64,000 nucleotides of DNA from positions 71,716 to 135,715 of IMG/VR virus record IMGVR_UViG_3300037067_005321, one strand, 5' to 3'. The notes beneath the pieces are model-generated. The model was not told the origin of the DNA and ran no database searches. It saw nothing but the letters and a program-made list of their open reading frames with translations. Within the stretch, counting starts at the first letter, position 1. Each line of letters opens with the position of its first letter. Positions 22,245 to 31,649 of this stretch are shown piece after piece. Source of the DNA: a virus (lineage: Duplodnaviria > Caudoviricetes). Position numbers and translations under genes: made by a program.

Positions 22245-23687
22245 TTGAAACTTCCTAAAGGATTTAATCTAAAAGTACCAGTTAAATTTGAATTTCAATT
22301 AGAAACTATTATTAATGGAATAGTAAATCCTAATCATGCACTTTTGTTACATATGGGGCTTGGTAAAACATATTGTGCAATAAATATAGCTAGATACAAC
22401 ATACAATTTAATAAAGTTAATAAAGTATTAGTTGTAGCTCCTGCCACTCTACTTATAAATTGGAGAGAGGCGATACATAGTTTCTCTGAGTATAAAGCTA
22501 TAGTATTGCATGGTACATCCAGAACTGAACGTAGAGCTAAAATAAACAAATTTATAAATAAGAACTATCATTTTGGTATAATTAATTATGAAGCATTAAA
22601 ACTATATTTTGATGATATAAGAGCGATAAATTATCAACATATAATATTTGATGAATCAGCCAGATATATAAAAAGTATAGGTGCAGACAGAACAAAGGCT
22701 GCAATCATGCTAGCCGATAAAGCAGAATATCATAATATACTTACTGGAACTTTATTCTCAAATAATCCATTAAGTGTATGGTCACAATTTCGTGTATTAG
22801 ATAAAGGTAAAACTTTTGGAACTAATTTTTATGCATTTAGAAATACTTGGTTTACTAAACAAGATTTTGGTTTATACACAAAATATACATTAAAACAAAA
22901 TGTATATAATGTATTTAGAAGTAAGATAGAGAGTATGAGTACAATAAAGACTAGAAAAGAACTTAATTTAAATGAGCCTTTATTTAGTAAAATAGTGTTA
23001 GAACCATCTGATGATTTTTATAAAGAATATGATAAATTATCTCACAGTATTGAAACAGAAATTTCTACAATGAGCGGTAATATAACTCTTAATATTAATA
23101 ATATGCTAACAAAGTTAATGAAGTTACAACAATTCACTTCTGGAATAATGATTGATAATGATAGAAAAGAGCATATATTAAAATGGAGAGATAAACTAGA
23201 TGCTGTATTAGAATATGTGGAAACTGTTATTGATAATGGAGAAAGTATTGTTATAGTTACAAGATTTAGAAAGTCTAATGAAAGGATATGTGAAGAATTA
23301 AAAAAGAAAAATATTAAATATTTATCTATGATCGGTGGTGGTAAAGATAATAAAACAGTATGGAAAGAATATCAAAGAAGTAAAGATATACCAGTATTTG
23401 TAGTTCAAATTGAAAGTGGGGGTATAGGTATTGAGTTGTTCAAGATAGATTCAACAGCTAAATTTCAGCATATGGCATTCATGGAAAATCACCCATCATT
23501 AGATTTTCGTGAACAAGTTATGCCTCGAATTGATAGAATAGGGCAACTAAGTACTTGTATTTTCACAGATTTTGTTGTAAAGAATACATATGATACCAAA
23601 CTACTAAAAGCATTAATAGAGAAGAAAAAGATATCTGATATAATTTTAAATGACGGGGTTAAGACTCTGTTAGCAAAGGAGGATTAG
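22245..23687 (+). CDS. SNF2-family helicase
   Basis: MGLGKT, INYE, FDES, LTGT, LMKLQQ, GGIGI, RIDRIGQ. Confidence 0.9.
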   Translation: MKLPKGFNLKVPVKFEFQLETIINGIVNPNHALLLHMGLGKTYCAINIARYNIQFNKVNKVLVVAPATLLINWREAIHSFSEYKAIVLHGTSRTERRAKINKFINKNYHFGIINYEALKLYFDDIRAINYQHIIFDESARYIKSIGADRTKAAIMLADKAEYHNILTGTLFSNNPLSVWSQFRVLDKGKTFGTNFYAFRNTWFTKQDFGLYTKYTLKQNVYNVFRSKIESMSTIKTRKELNLNEPLFSKIVLEPSDDFYKEYDKLSHSIETEISTMSGNITLNINNMLTKLMKLQQFTSGIMIDNDRKEHILKWRDKLDAVLEYVETVIDNGESIVIVTRFRKSNERICEELKKKNIKYLSMIGGGKDNKTVWKEYQRSKDIPVFVVQIESGGIGIELFKIDSTAKFQHMAFMENHPSLDFREQVMPRIDRIGQLSTCIFTDFVVKNTYDTKLLKALIEKKKISDIILNDGVKTLLAKED

Positions 23688-23688
23688 A

Positions 23689-24231
23689 TTGACAATAGAA
23701 GAAACTAAAAATAGAAGATCTAATAGAATGATAATACTGGCAAAGGAAAAAGGCTATAAAGTATTAGATAATTGTGGTGGGTTGTTGGGACTTAAAGGTG
23801 AACCTATAAAACTTACTCCGAATAAATGGGGATATCCAACATTTAAGATGCGTGATGGAGATTATACAGGTAGAGTTCCTTTGCATAGATTTGTAGCTTA
23901 TTGCTTATATGGAGATGAATTATTTACTGATGGATTAGAAGTAAGACACCTAAATGGCAATAAATTAGATTATAGTTTTACTAATATAAAATTAGGAACT
24001 AAATCTGAAAATGAAATGGATAAACCAGCAGAGGAAAGAACTAAGAATGCCAGAAATGCAGCAAGCAAAACTAGAAAATTCACAGATAAGGAGATGGAGG
24101 AAATAAGATATAAAAGAGAAGATGGATATTCTATAGAAGATTTGATGGAGGAATATGATGTAGCAAAAGGAACATTACAATATATATTAAGAACAGAGTA
24201 TAAGACTACAAAGGAGAATAATAATGGCTAA
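23689..24231 (+). CDS. HNH homing endonuclease
   Basis: HRFVA...EVRHLNGNKLD...NIKLGTKSEN plus C-terminal HTH-like segment. Confidence 0.85.
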   Translation: MTIEETKNRRSNRMIILAKEKGYKVLDNCGGLLGLKGEPIKLTPNKWGYPTFKMRDGDYTGRVPLHRFVAYCLYGDELFTDGLEVRHLNGNKLDYSFTNIKLGTKSENEMDKPAEERTKNARNAASKTRKFTDKEMEEIRYKREDGYSIEDLMEEYDVAKGTLQYILRTEYKTTKENNNG

Positions 24232-24405
24232 ATATCAAATAAAACTTTTAAAAAAGAATGGATGGATTGTAGAGTGTGAAGCTCCATTTGAGATATATCA
24301 TAAAAATACAAATAGTAGAGCTACTAATTTAGGTGCTGAGATAATACTTGAATATTACAAGGTATTTGAATATGAAAGAACTAATAAAAGAAGAAGCAAT
24401 GAAAT

Positions 24406-24525
24406 ATGAATAATAGAGGATATACAATAGTTGAATTATTAATAGCTATAACTATATTAGCAAGTATAACACTAATGGGGTTTATATGTTATATTTTAAT
24501 ACATTTTATAATTAAATTTTGGTAA
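24406..24525 (+). CDS. 39-aa prepilin-type N-terminal cleavage/methylation peptide, not in the ORF track
   Basis: MNNRG|YTIVELLIAITILASITLMGFICYILIHFIIKFW; ATGA overlap with the upstream gene. Confidence 0.65.
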   Translation: MNNRGYTIVELLIAITILASITLMGFICYILIHFIIKFW

Positions 24526-24539
24526 TAAGGAGATAAGAT

Positions 24540-24845
24540 ATGAAAGAACTAACAAAAGAAGAAGCAATAAAATTAAGTGATAGTAAGTTTTGGGAGAATA
24601 TGTCTTATGAAGAAATAGCTAAATTTCAAATGAATCAACCTTGTTTATGTATACCTTTTAGTATTGTCCATGAAGCTATAGAAAAAACACTAAATAGACC
24701 AGTATATACACATGAGTTTGCTTTAAATTATGAAGGTCTTAAAAAAGAACTAAATGGAGGAAAAGCTCCTACATTTGAGGAAATTATAAATATGATATCT
24801 AAAAATAAGATGAGGATAGTAATTGGATTGGAACAAAGTAAATAA
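24540..24845 (+). CDS. conserved phage hypothetical protein
   Basis: FQ...LCIPF...HEAIE..L.RPVYTHEF motif. Confidence 0.7.
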   Translation: MKELTKEEAIKLSDSKFWENMSYEEIAKFQMNQPCLCIPFSIVHEAIEKTLNRPVYTHEFALNYEGLKKELNGGKAPTFEEIINMISKNKMRIVIGLEQSK

Positions 24846-25122
24846 ATGTAATCATGAATTTTCCTCAAACTATTATGAGTTAGGAAGTTGTGATACTCCA
24901 TATTGTGGCTGGAGTTAAGAGCATTGTACTAAATGTGGTGTGTTTATTATGAAATGTGGATGTGGTTATATGAATAGAATGTCTGGTGAACCTTATAAGA
25001 AGTGGTTAAGAAGGGAAAGGAAGAAAAGATATGGAAATAAAAAGAATACCTCGTGTTCCCAAATTATTATGGATATTTGTAAAGCAAAACTTACCGGATG
25101 GGTTTTGTTTTACAAAAAGTAA
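24823..25122 (+). pseudogene. Cys-rich ORF interrupted by an in-frame TAA at 24916-24918
   Basis: TTG start after GAGGA; LDWNKVNKCNHEF...CDTPYCGWS*EHCTKCGVFIMKCGCG reads continuously across the stop. Confidence 0.5.
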
Positions 25123-25375
25123 AGATGGATATGGGGTAGATCGAGGTATTTATCTAAAAGAAAAGGGTTGGTTTAAACCTAAACTTATATATATTAATGA
25201 AAATACTATAACTTCAAAATATATTCAATATCTTCCAATTATGGAGTATTTAGCAAGTAAATACGAAGAAAAGTATAATAATAAAGTAACAATTAGGATT
25301 TATGAATAAATATCAGCTAAATACTACTAAATATGCTAAAGAACATAATATAAAAGAGATAGTAATAGGTGCATA

Positions 25376-26407
25376 ATGCAAATAATAGAAAATAAAAAAC
25401 TAAAAATAATTAAGTCTTATGGATTTAATAGTATATTTGAAAAAAGTAATGGGCATACCCTGATGTGGGGAATTACCACCAAAGACAATATTAATTTCAA
25501 AGATCCTAAAGTAAACTTTTTGCCACTCATACTCGATCTGGAAATAACCACTATTTGTAATGGTCAAAAAAGCGTAAAATGTGGAGCGTGCTATAAAAGC
25601 AATACTTTAAATGGCAAGAATATGTCATTGGAAACATTCAAGAAAATATTCCATAACTTACCTAAAACAATACAACAAATAGCCTTTGGACTGGATGCCT
25701 CCTGTACATCTAATCCAGAAACTTTTGATATTATGCAATATACACGAGATAATGGAATTATCCCCAACTGCACAGTAGCCAATGTTTCACGTGAAACATC
25801 CAAAAAATTGGCTAAGGTGTGTGGGGCTGTAGCAGTGAGCAGGTATACAAATAAGCAAATATGCTACGATAGTATCAAGAGATTACAGGATGCAGGGCTA
25901 TATCAAACAAATATGCATATGCTCGTTCATTCAGACAATTATGTACAAATTATGGAGACACTGAATGATTATGTTAAAGGTGATATAAGGCCTCATGCCA
26001 TAGTTTTATTGTCCCTTAAAAAAGTGGGCAGAGGGTCATCTTTTCAATCTTTATCCCTTGACTTATTCAAAAAGATAGTTAACTTCTCTTTGGAGCAGCA
26101 AGTCCCTATTGGCTTTGACTCCTGTTCAGCTCCTAAATTTGTTGAGGCTATTAAAGACAGACCTGATTATAAAAAGCTCCTTATCTATACAGAACCTTGT
26201 GAATCTACATTGTTAAGTATTTATATTAATGTAGAAGGTAAGATGTTCCCTTGCAGTTTTACTGAGCATATTTATGAAGGTATAGATATTATTAACAATA
26301 AATTTGAGGATGTATGGAACCATAAAACTACTTTAGCATTTAGAAATAAGTTGTTGAGTAATATAGATATTAATGGACAAAGAAATTGTCCAGTATTTGG
26401 AGTGTAA
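25376..26407 (+). CDS. radical SAM enzyme with SPASM/twitch-type C-terminus
   Basis: DLEITTIC-x7-CGACY, MSLETFKKI, GFDSC, PCES...INVEGKMFPCSF, terminal CPVF. Confidence 0.85.
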   Translation: MQIIENKKLKIIKSYGFNSIFEKSNGHTLMWGITTKDNINFKDPKVNFLPLILDLEITTICNGQKSVKCGACYKSNTLNGKNMSLETFKKIFHNLPKTIQQIAFGLDASCTSNPETFDIMQYTRDNGIIPNCTVANVSRETSKKLAKVCGAVAVSRYTNKQICYDSIKRLQDAGLYQTNMHMLVHSDNYVQIMETLNDYVKGDIRPHAIVLLSLKKVGRGSSFQSLSLDLFKKIVNFSLEQQVPIGFDSCSAPKFVEAIKDRPDYKKLLIYTEPCESTLLSIYINVEGKMFPCSFTEHIYEGIDIINNKFEDVWNHKTTLAFRNKLLSNIDINGQRNCPVFGV

Positions 26408-26451
26408 ATATGAAATTAACTATAGATAAAAGGAGAAGTATTTAAAAAATT

Positions 26452-26727
26452 ATGAAAATAAGACAAGGATTTGTAAGTAATAGTTCAAGCAGCTCTTTTG
26501 TTATTAGGAAAGATGATTTATCCCTATTTCAACAAGAGTTAATATATAACCATATAGACGTAGCTCAAACTTATTTTCCATGTATTTATTCTGATAAAAC
26601 AGATGAGTGGAGAATAACAGAAGATAATAAATATATTAGAGGATTTGTTGGCATGGATAATTTTGATATGGGTAGATTCCTTTGTGAAATTGGGATAGAT
26701 CCTAGATTTGTAATATGGGGAGATTAA
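26452..26727 (+). CDS. MKIR-SNSS family protein 1
   Basis: N-terminus MKIRQGFVSNSSSSSF. Confidence 0.85.
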   Translation: MKIRQGFVSNSSSSSFVIRKDDLSLFQQELIYNHIDVAQTYFPCIYSDKTDEWRITEDNKYIRGFVGMDNFDMGRFLCEIGIDPRFVIWGD

Positions 26728-26882
26728 ATTATGAGTATATTAAAAGAATCATGTAGTATTTCCTACTATGAAACCAATAATACCTTTATTAATAATTGTT
26801 GGTATAAATATATTTTTATTAATGATATTTATTCTTTTACAGGAATAAGTATAATAGAAAAAGAATGATATAGGAGAATTAA

Positions 26883-27329
26883 ATGAAAATAAGAAATAGC
26901 TTTGTCAGTAATAGTAGTTCAAGTAGTTTTGTAGTAATAGGAAAATCTAATTACAATGATACTTTAGGTGATGAATATTATCTTGAGGTAGGAAAAGAAG
27001 GAGAAACTCAATTTGATTGGGGGCCAGATGTAATTCATGGAATATATAGTAGAATTAATTTTGCATATCTTCAAGCATATGAATATTCTAATAATGAAGA
27101 ATGGAGAAAAATGCTTGATGAAGTAATTAAAGATAATTCTGAAATAACACATATTGATTGTTTTTTAACTCCAGAATATCATACAAAGGGTAATATATGG
27201 GGATATATAGATCATCAATCTTCAGCAGCAGAAGGAGAAAATATTGAAATATTTAATGATAAAGAAACACTTAGAAGATTTATTTTTGATTCAGATTCAA
27301 AAATAATATTGGATAATGATAATCATTAG
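26883..27329 (+). CDS. MKIR-SNSS family protein 2
   Basis: N-terminus MKIRNSFVSNSSSSSF. Confidence 0.85.
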   Translation: MKIRNSFVSNSSSSSFVVIGKSNYNDTLGDEYYLEVGKEGETQFDWGPDVIHGIYSRINFAYLQAYEYSNNEEWRKMLDEVIKDNSEITHIDCFLTPEYHTKGNIWGYIDHQSSAAEGENIEIFNDKETLRRFIFDSDSKIILDNDNH

Positions 27330-27603
27330 GATGGAATATGAAAAGAATATCTTTTTATGATAGTTATACAAGAGAAGACTTAATAGCATTATTAATTGAT
27401 GCTGAAAATGAAATAGATGATTTAAAAATTGAAATAGATAGAATAGATTATGATAATGATGATTTAAGAGAAACATTAAAAACTAATAAATTAATGACAG
27501 AAACTATAAATGAACATTGTAGAGATTGTGATAATAAATATAGTAATATCAAATGTTTAGAGTGTAAACTTAATCAATTTAAATACTTTTAAGGAGAGTA
27601 AAA

Positions 27604-27960
27604 ATGAAAATTAGAACTAGTTTTGTAAGTAATTCAAGTACTTCTAGTTTTATTTGTGATACTAGAATGACTGAACAGGAAATGTATAATAAGCTGGTAA
27701 AGATTATTGCAGGATATAATCTTATGACTGACAAAGAACTAAAATTAGATGATATAATGTATATTACAGAAGTAAATAAAAAGTATTGGGATACTTATAA
27801 ATGGTGGCTTGGTGCTGAAGAAGAATATGGTAAAGGGTATTACTTCAAAGATTTAAAAGGAAAGAAAGTTATTAATGGTATTGGAGATAATTCTATACCA
27901 TATGAGTTATTTGATATAATAGAAAATGTTTTTGATGCACAGAGACATCATTTTGGATAG
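27604..27960 (+). CDS. MKIR-SNSS family protein 3
   Basis: N-terminus MKIRTSFVSNSSTSSF. Confidence 0.85.
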   Translation: MKIRTSFVSNSSTSSFICDTRMTEQEMYNKLVKIIAGYNLMTDKELKLDDIMYITEVNKKYWDTYKWWLGAEEEYGKGYYFKDLKGKKVINGIGDNSIPYELFDIIENVFDAQRHHFG

Positions 27961-27976
27961 ATGGAAAGGAAAACAG

Positions 27977-28252
27977 ATGAAAATAAGACAAGGATTTGTA
28001 AGTAATAGTAGTTCAAGTAGTTTTGTAATTGGTAAGATGTTTCTTTCATCTAAACAATTATATAAATTGGAAGAATTTATAGATGATAGAGAAAATAATA
28101 AAGGGTTTCAATATGATTCTGATGAGTGCTACCATGATGAAAATTATATACATGAAGGAGAAGACTTCTTCTTTGGTGAAATCTCTAATCATGATAGAGA
28201 GTTCTTTGAATTCCTTAATAATAATAATATAAAATATGAAACAGGTGATTAA
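27977..28252 (+). CDS. MKIR-SNSS family protein 4 (start corrected from 27926)
   Basis: AAGGA RBS then MKIRQGFVSNSSSSSF. Confidence 0.85.
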   Translation: MKIRQGFVSNSSSSSFVIGKMFLSSKQLYKLEEFIDDRENNKGFQYDSDECYHDENYIHEGEDFFFGEISNHDREFFEFLNNNNIKYETGD

Positions 28253-28311
28253 ATTGATAACACCAGAACAATGTGAGATTTACAAAATGGCTATAAATGA
28301 GTAATCATTAA

Positions 28312-28412
28312 TAGTGTGGCTAGGCTCTTAGCCAAAAGGTGAGGTCTTTGGTGACATTTACCAAATTGGCACTCGCCAACTTTATATAAATATTTTATAG
28401 TGAGGATGAGTC
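28312..28412 (+). ncRNA. duplicated structured intergenic element, copy 1
   Basis: ~100-nt near-identical repeat of 40738-40838; GC-rich with several stems. Confidence 0.6.
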
Positions 28413-28787
28413 GAATATTTAATGTCTGAAGGAGAGTTCAGACACTATTACAGGAGGTTAGATTAATATGAAACTAGAATTAGAATTTTATAATGTAATA
28501 TGTGATACTAAAACATTTAAAATAAATGATATATATGCAGATACTGAAGATTTTGGTGAGAAATATGATAGATGCATAAATAGTTCTGAAAATTATGGAT
28601 GTGGAAATATGCAATTTACAAGATGGTTTAATATTCAAAAAGGTGTACTTAAAAAATATAGAATAACAGAATATGAATATAATAAAATATGTAATAAATT
28701 AGAAAGTGGGTTATCTTTTGGTAATTGTGGTTATTGTATATGAATATGAAAATAAACTTATAAGATCATTTAAAACAGGAGATTAAT

Positions 28788-29408
28788 ATGAATTTAACTA
28801 ATTATCCAGAACCCACTGGAACATTAATAAATAAAAAAAGGGGATCTACCAATTTTAAACAATGTGGTTGGTGTGATTATGCTTCAGGAACACATAGATA
28901 TGATTATTGTATAGAGGGAAAATGTTCTTTACTCAGATCTTACTCCAAAGATGTGCATTGGGATGATAAGTGTAACTTTATAACTGCATCTAAGTCTGAA
29001 CTTACAGAATTAATTAAATATCACAATTGTGAAATACAAAACTTAAAAGTTCAAATAAGTATGTATAAAGAATATATTTCTATATTAAAAAATTTAGAAA
29101 CTGATGCAAATTATAAACCAACTCTTCCTAGAGATAGAGAATATAATTATTTTAATATTGGTGATAAAGTAGCAGTTTTTGTGGAAAGAAAGTGGCATTT
29201 TGGTGAAGTTACAGATGGACATACATATCATGATGGTATTGTATCCTATGTTTTGGAAGATATAGGGTCAGGTGGTCTTGGTGTGTCAAGACCAGAAATC
29301 TTATTGAAAGAGGAGTATGAATGGTTTAAAAGATATCCTGAAGAATATGAGATTTGGTGTAAAAAAGCTTATGAAGGTATAAAACAATCTCCTGCTCCGA
29401 TAGAATAA
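28788..29408 (+). CDS. hypothetical protein with Cys cluster and SH3-like domain
   Basis: CGWC...C...C, FNIGDKVAV. Confidence 0.7.
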   Translation: MNLTNYPEPTGTLINKKRGSTNFKQCGWCDYASGTHRYDYCIEGKCSLLRSYSKDVHWDDKCNFITASKSELTELIKYHNCEIQNLKVQISMYKEYISILKNLETDANYKPTLPRDREYNYFNIGDKVAVFVERKWHFGEVTDGHTYHDGIVSYVLEDIGSGGLGVSRPEILLKEEYEWFKRYPEEYEIWCKKAYEGIKQSPAPIE

Positions 29409-29474
29409 ATTTTAAATTATTTTCGCTTTATCACTTGACAAATTATATTAAAGAGGAAAAGATAGGAGAAAAAT

Positions 29475-30338
29475 ATGATTGTAGGAAGATCTGAGGCAAC
29501 ACCTTATAAACAACAAGATTTCAAAAAGATACTTGAAATGGTTTTACAAGAGATTTTCTTTATTTTTAGAAAGAATTATAATAAAGAATGGTATGAAAAG
29601 ACATTTCATTATATTGATTTAACTTCTGGAGATGCTATATCAAAAAATACTAGTCCACTATTATTTCTGGATAGAATGTCCTATTTAAAAGATACCTTTA
29701 AATATTCTGCAAAATTTGTAGAGAGAAATAAGGATATTTATCCAATATTAAAAAATAATATTGAAAATTTTCTGAAGTATGATTTACAAATAGAAAATTT
29801 AAATGATTATTTAAATCATAATGAATTAAATATTTTAAATGGTAGAAGTAAAGAGATATTAACAAGTTTTATTATTCAAAGCAGATACCAGCCTATAAAA
29901 TATGGACTTATTTATCAAGATTCAAATGGATTTAAAGAGGAAGATTGGTCATTTTTAAATGAATTATCTCAAGGTTTACGATATATGGATATATTATGGA
30001 ATGTTAATATTGATATTATAAAAAGACTTTCACCAGTTGGAATAAATAATAAAAGTACAAAAAGAAATTTAGAATCATTTGAAAAATATCATGGTAAAAA
30101 TATGTCTTTTTATATTAACTCTTTAAAAAAAGAATATAAATATATAAGAAAAAAAATCCATTTTGGTAAAACATATAAATGGGCAATGGTATTTGGAACA
30201 AATTTTGGTGGATATAATAATTATCTCAAAAAAGAATTTTATTTTGTAAACTCTGAAGAAGGAAGAAAATTATTATATTTAATTGATAATGGTAAAAAAG
30301 AAGATTTTATTAATTATAATTTAACAGGAGAAATTTAA
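29475..30338 (+). CDS. TcmP-like (three-Cys-motif partner) Rossmann methyltransferase-like protein
   Basis: YIDLTSGD...SPL, FVE, LIYQDSNG, MDILWN; adjacent to a DUF5131 gene. Confidence 0.65.
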   Translation: MIVGRSEATPYKQQDFKKILEMVLQEIFFIFRKNYNKEWYEKTFHYIDLTSGDAISKNTSPLLFLDRMSYLKDTFKYSAKFVERNKDIYPILKNNIENFLKYDLQIENLNDYLNHNELNILNGRSKEILTSFIIQSRYQPIKYGLIYQDSNGFKEEDWSFLNELSQGLRYMDILWNVNIDIIKRLSPVGINNKSTKRNLESFEKYHGKNMSFYINSLKKEYKYIRKKIHFGKTYKWAMVFGTNFGGYNNYLKKEFYFVNSEEGRKLLYLIDNGKKEDFINYNLTGEI

Positions 30339-31642
30339 TGAATATTAAAGAAATTAAGACAAGTGATCCATTTAAGAGTTTATTTCCAGTTAATGATATA
30401 GTATATACTGCTATATTAGAAAATATGGAGAATAATGGATATGATTATTCACAACCAATTATTATATGGAAAGATAAGAATATAATAATTGATGGTCACA
30501 CGAGACATAGAGTAGCAGTTGAATTAGATCTAAAAGATATTCCTACATTTGAAAAGATATTTAAATCTGAAGAAGATGCATTGCAATATGCAATCCATAA
30601 CCAGCGAGATAGAAGAAATTTAACTGATGACCAGATTATCTCGTGTGTAGATACTGTCAGAGTATGGAGGAAAGATAAATTAGATAATTTAAAACAGAAT
30701 CAACCAGAAACACCGAATCCTGATTTCAGGATTCGACCAAAACTAGAACCATATGAACCTACAGACAATAGAACCTCCCAGAAAATTGCTGATATGATGG
30801 GAGTAAGTAGGGATAAAGTGGATAGGACATTAAAGGTAATAGATAATGCTACTCCTGAACAAATAGAAAGTATAAAAGATGGTAATAAATCTATAAATAA
30901 AGTCTATACAGAAATAAGAGAAGAAGAAATAGCTAAGAAAGAAGAGAGTATTAAGACATTTAATCAAACTAATGATAATATTGAATGGGCAAAATGGACA
31001 TGGAATCCAGTAACAGGCTGTAAGCACGGGTGTCCTTATTGCTATGCTAGAGATATTGCTAATAGATTTTATAAAGAAGGCTTTGAACCAACCTTTCATG
31101 AAGAAAGATTAGAAGCTCCTAAGAGTACTAAAATTCCTAAAAGTAGAGTTGATGAAGTTGGAATAACTAATGTGTTTGTATGTTCTATGGCTGATTTATT
31201 TGGTGAATGGGTACCTATTGAATGGATTGAAAAAGTATTTAAAAGTATAGAGGAAAATCCAGATTGGAATTTTATTCTTCTTACTAAGAATCCTAAAAGA
31301 TATCTTGAATTAGATATACCAGATAATTGTTGGATTGGTGCTACTGCTGATATACAAGAAAGAACAGATGAAGCTATTAAAGTTTTTACACAATTAAAAA
31401 ACAATGGTATAAAAAATACATTATTTTTATCTTGTGAACCATTAAGTGAAAATATAATTAATATTGATTCAAATATTGATTGGTTAATTATAGGAGGAAG
31501 AAGTAAATGCTCTAATATGTCAGAAGCACAACCAGAATGGAAATGGGTAGAAAATCTATTAAATCAAGCAAGAGAAGCAAATATACCAATTTATTTTAAA
31601 CCTAATCTAACTGTTAGACCCAAAGAATATCCAGAGGTATAA
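30338..31642 (+). CDS. ParB-N domain fused to DUF5131 (Gp37/Gp68-family radical SAM-like) domain
   Basis: IIDGHTR, NQRDRRNL, HTH, then TWNPVTGCKHGCPYCYA, CSMADLF, LTKNP, SCEPL, WLIIGG. Confidence 0.9.
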   Translation: MNIKEIKTSDPFKSLFPVNDIVYTAILENMENNGYDYSQPIIIWKDKNIIIDGHTRHRVAVELDLKDIPTFEKIFKSEEDALQYAIHNQRDRRNLTDDQIISCVDTVRVWRKDKLDNLKQNQPETPNPDFRIRPKLEPYEPTDNRTSQKIADMMGVSRDKVDRTLKVIDNATPEQIESIKDGNKSINKVYTEIREEEIAKKEESIKTFNQTNDNIEWAKWTWNPVTGCKHGCPYCYARDIANRFYKEGFEPTFHEERLEAPKSTKIPKSRVDEVGITNVFVCSMADLFGEWVPIEWIEKVFKSIEENPDWNFILLTKNPKRYLELDIPDNCWIGATADIQERTDEAIKVFTQLKNNGIKNTLFLSCEPLSENIINIDSNIDWLIIGGRSKCSNMSEAQPEWKWVENLLNQAREANIPIYFKPNLTVRPKEYPEV

Positions 31643-31649
31643 CAGAAAT

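Noticed and set aside
28312-28380. tRNA or hammerhead/HDV ribozyme reading of the duplicated element
   Set aside because: No T-loop GTTC or cloverleaf, no CUGANGA/GAAA core in a proper stem context, no convincing nested pseudoknot by eye
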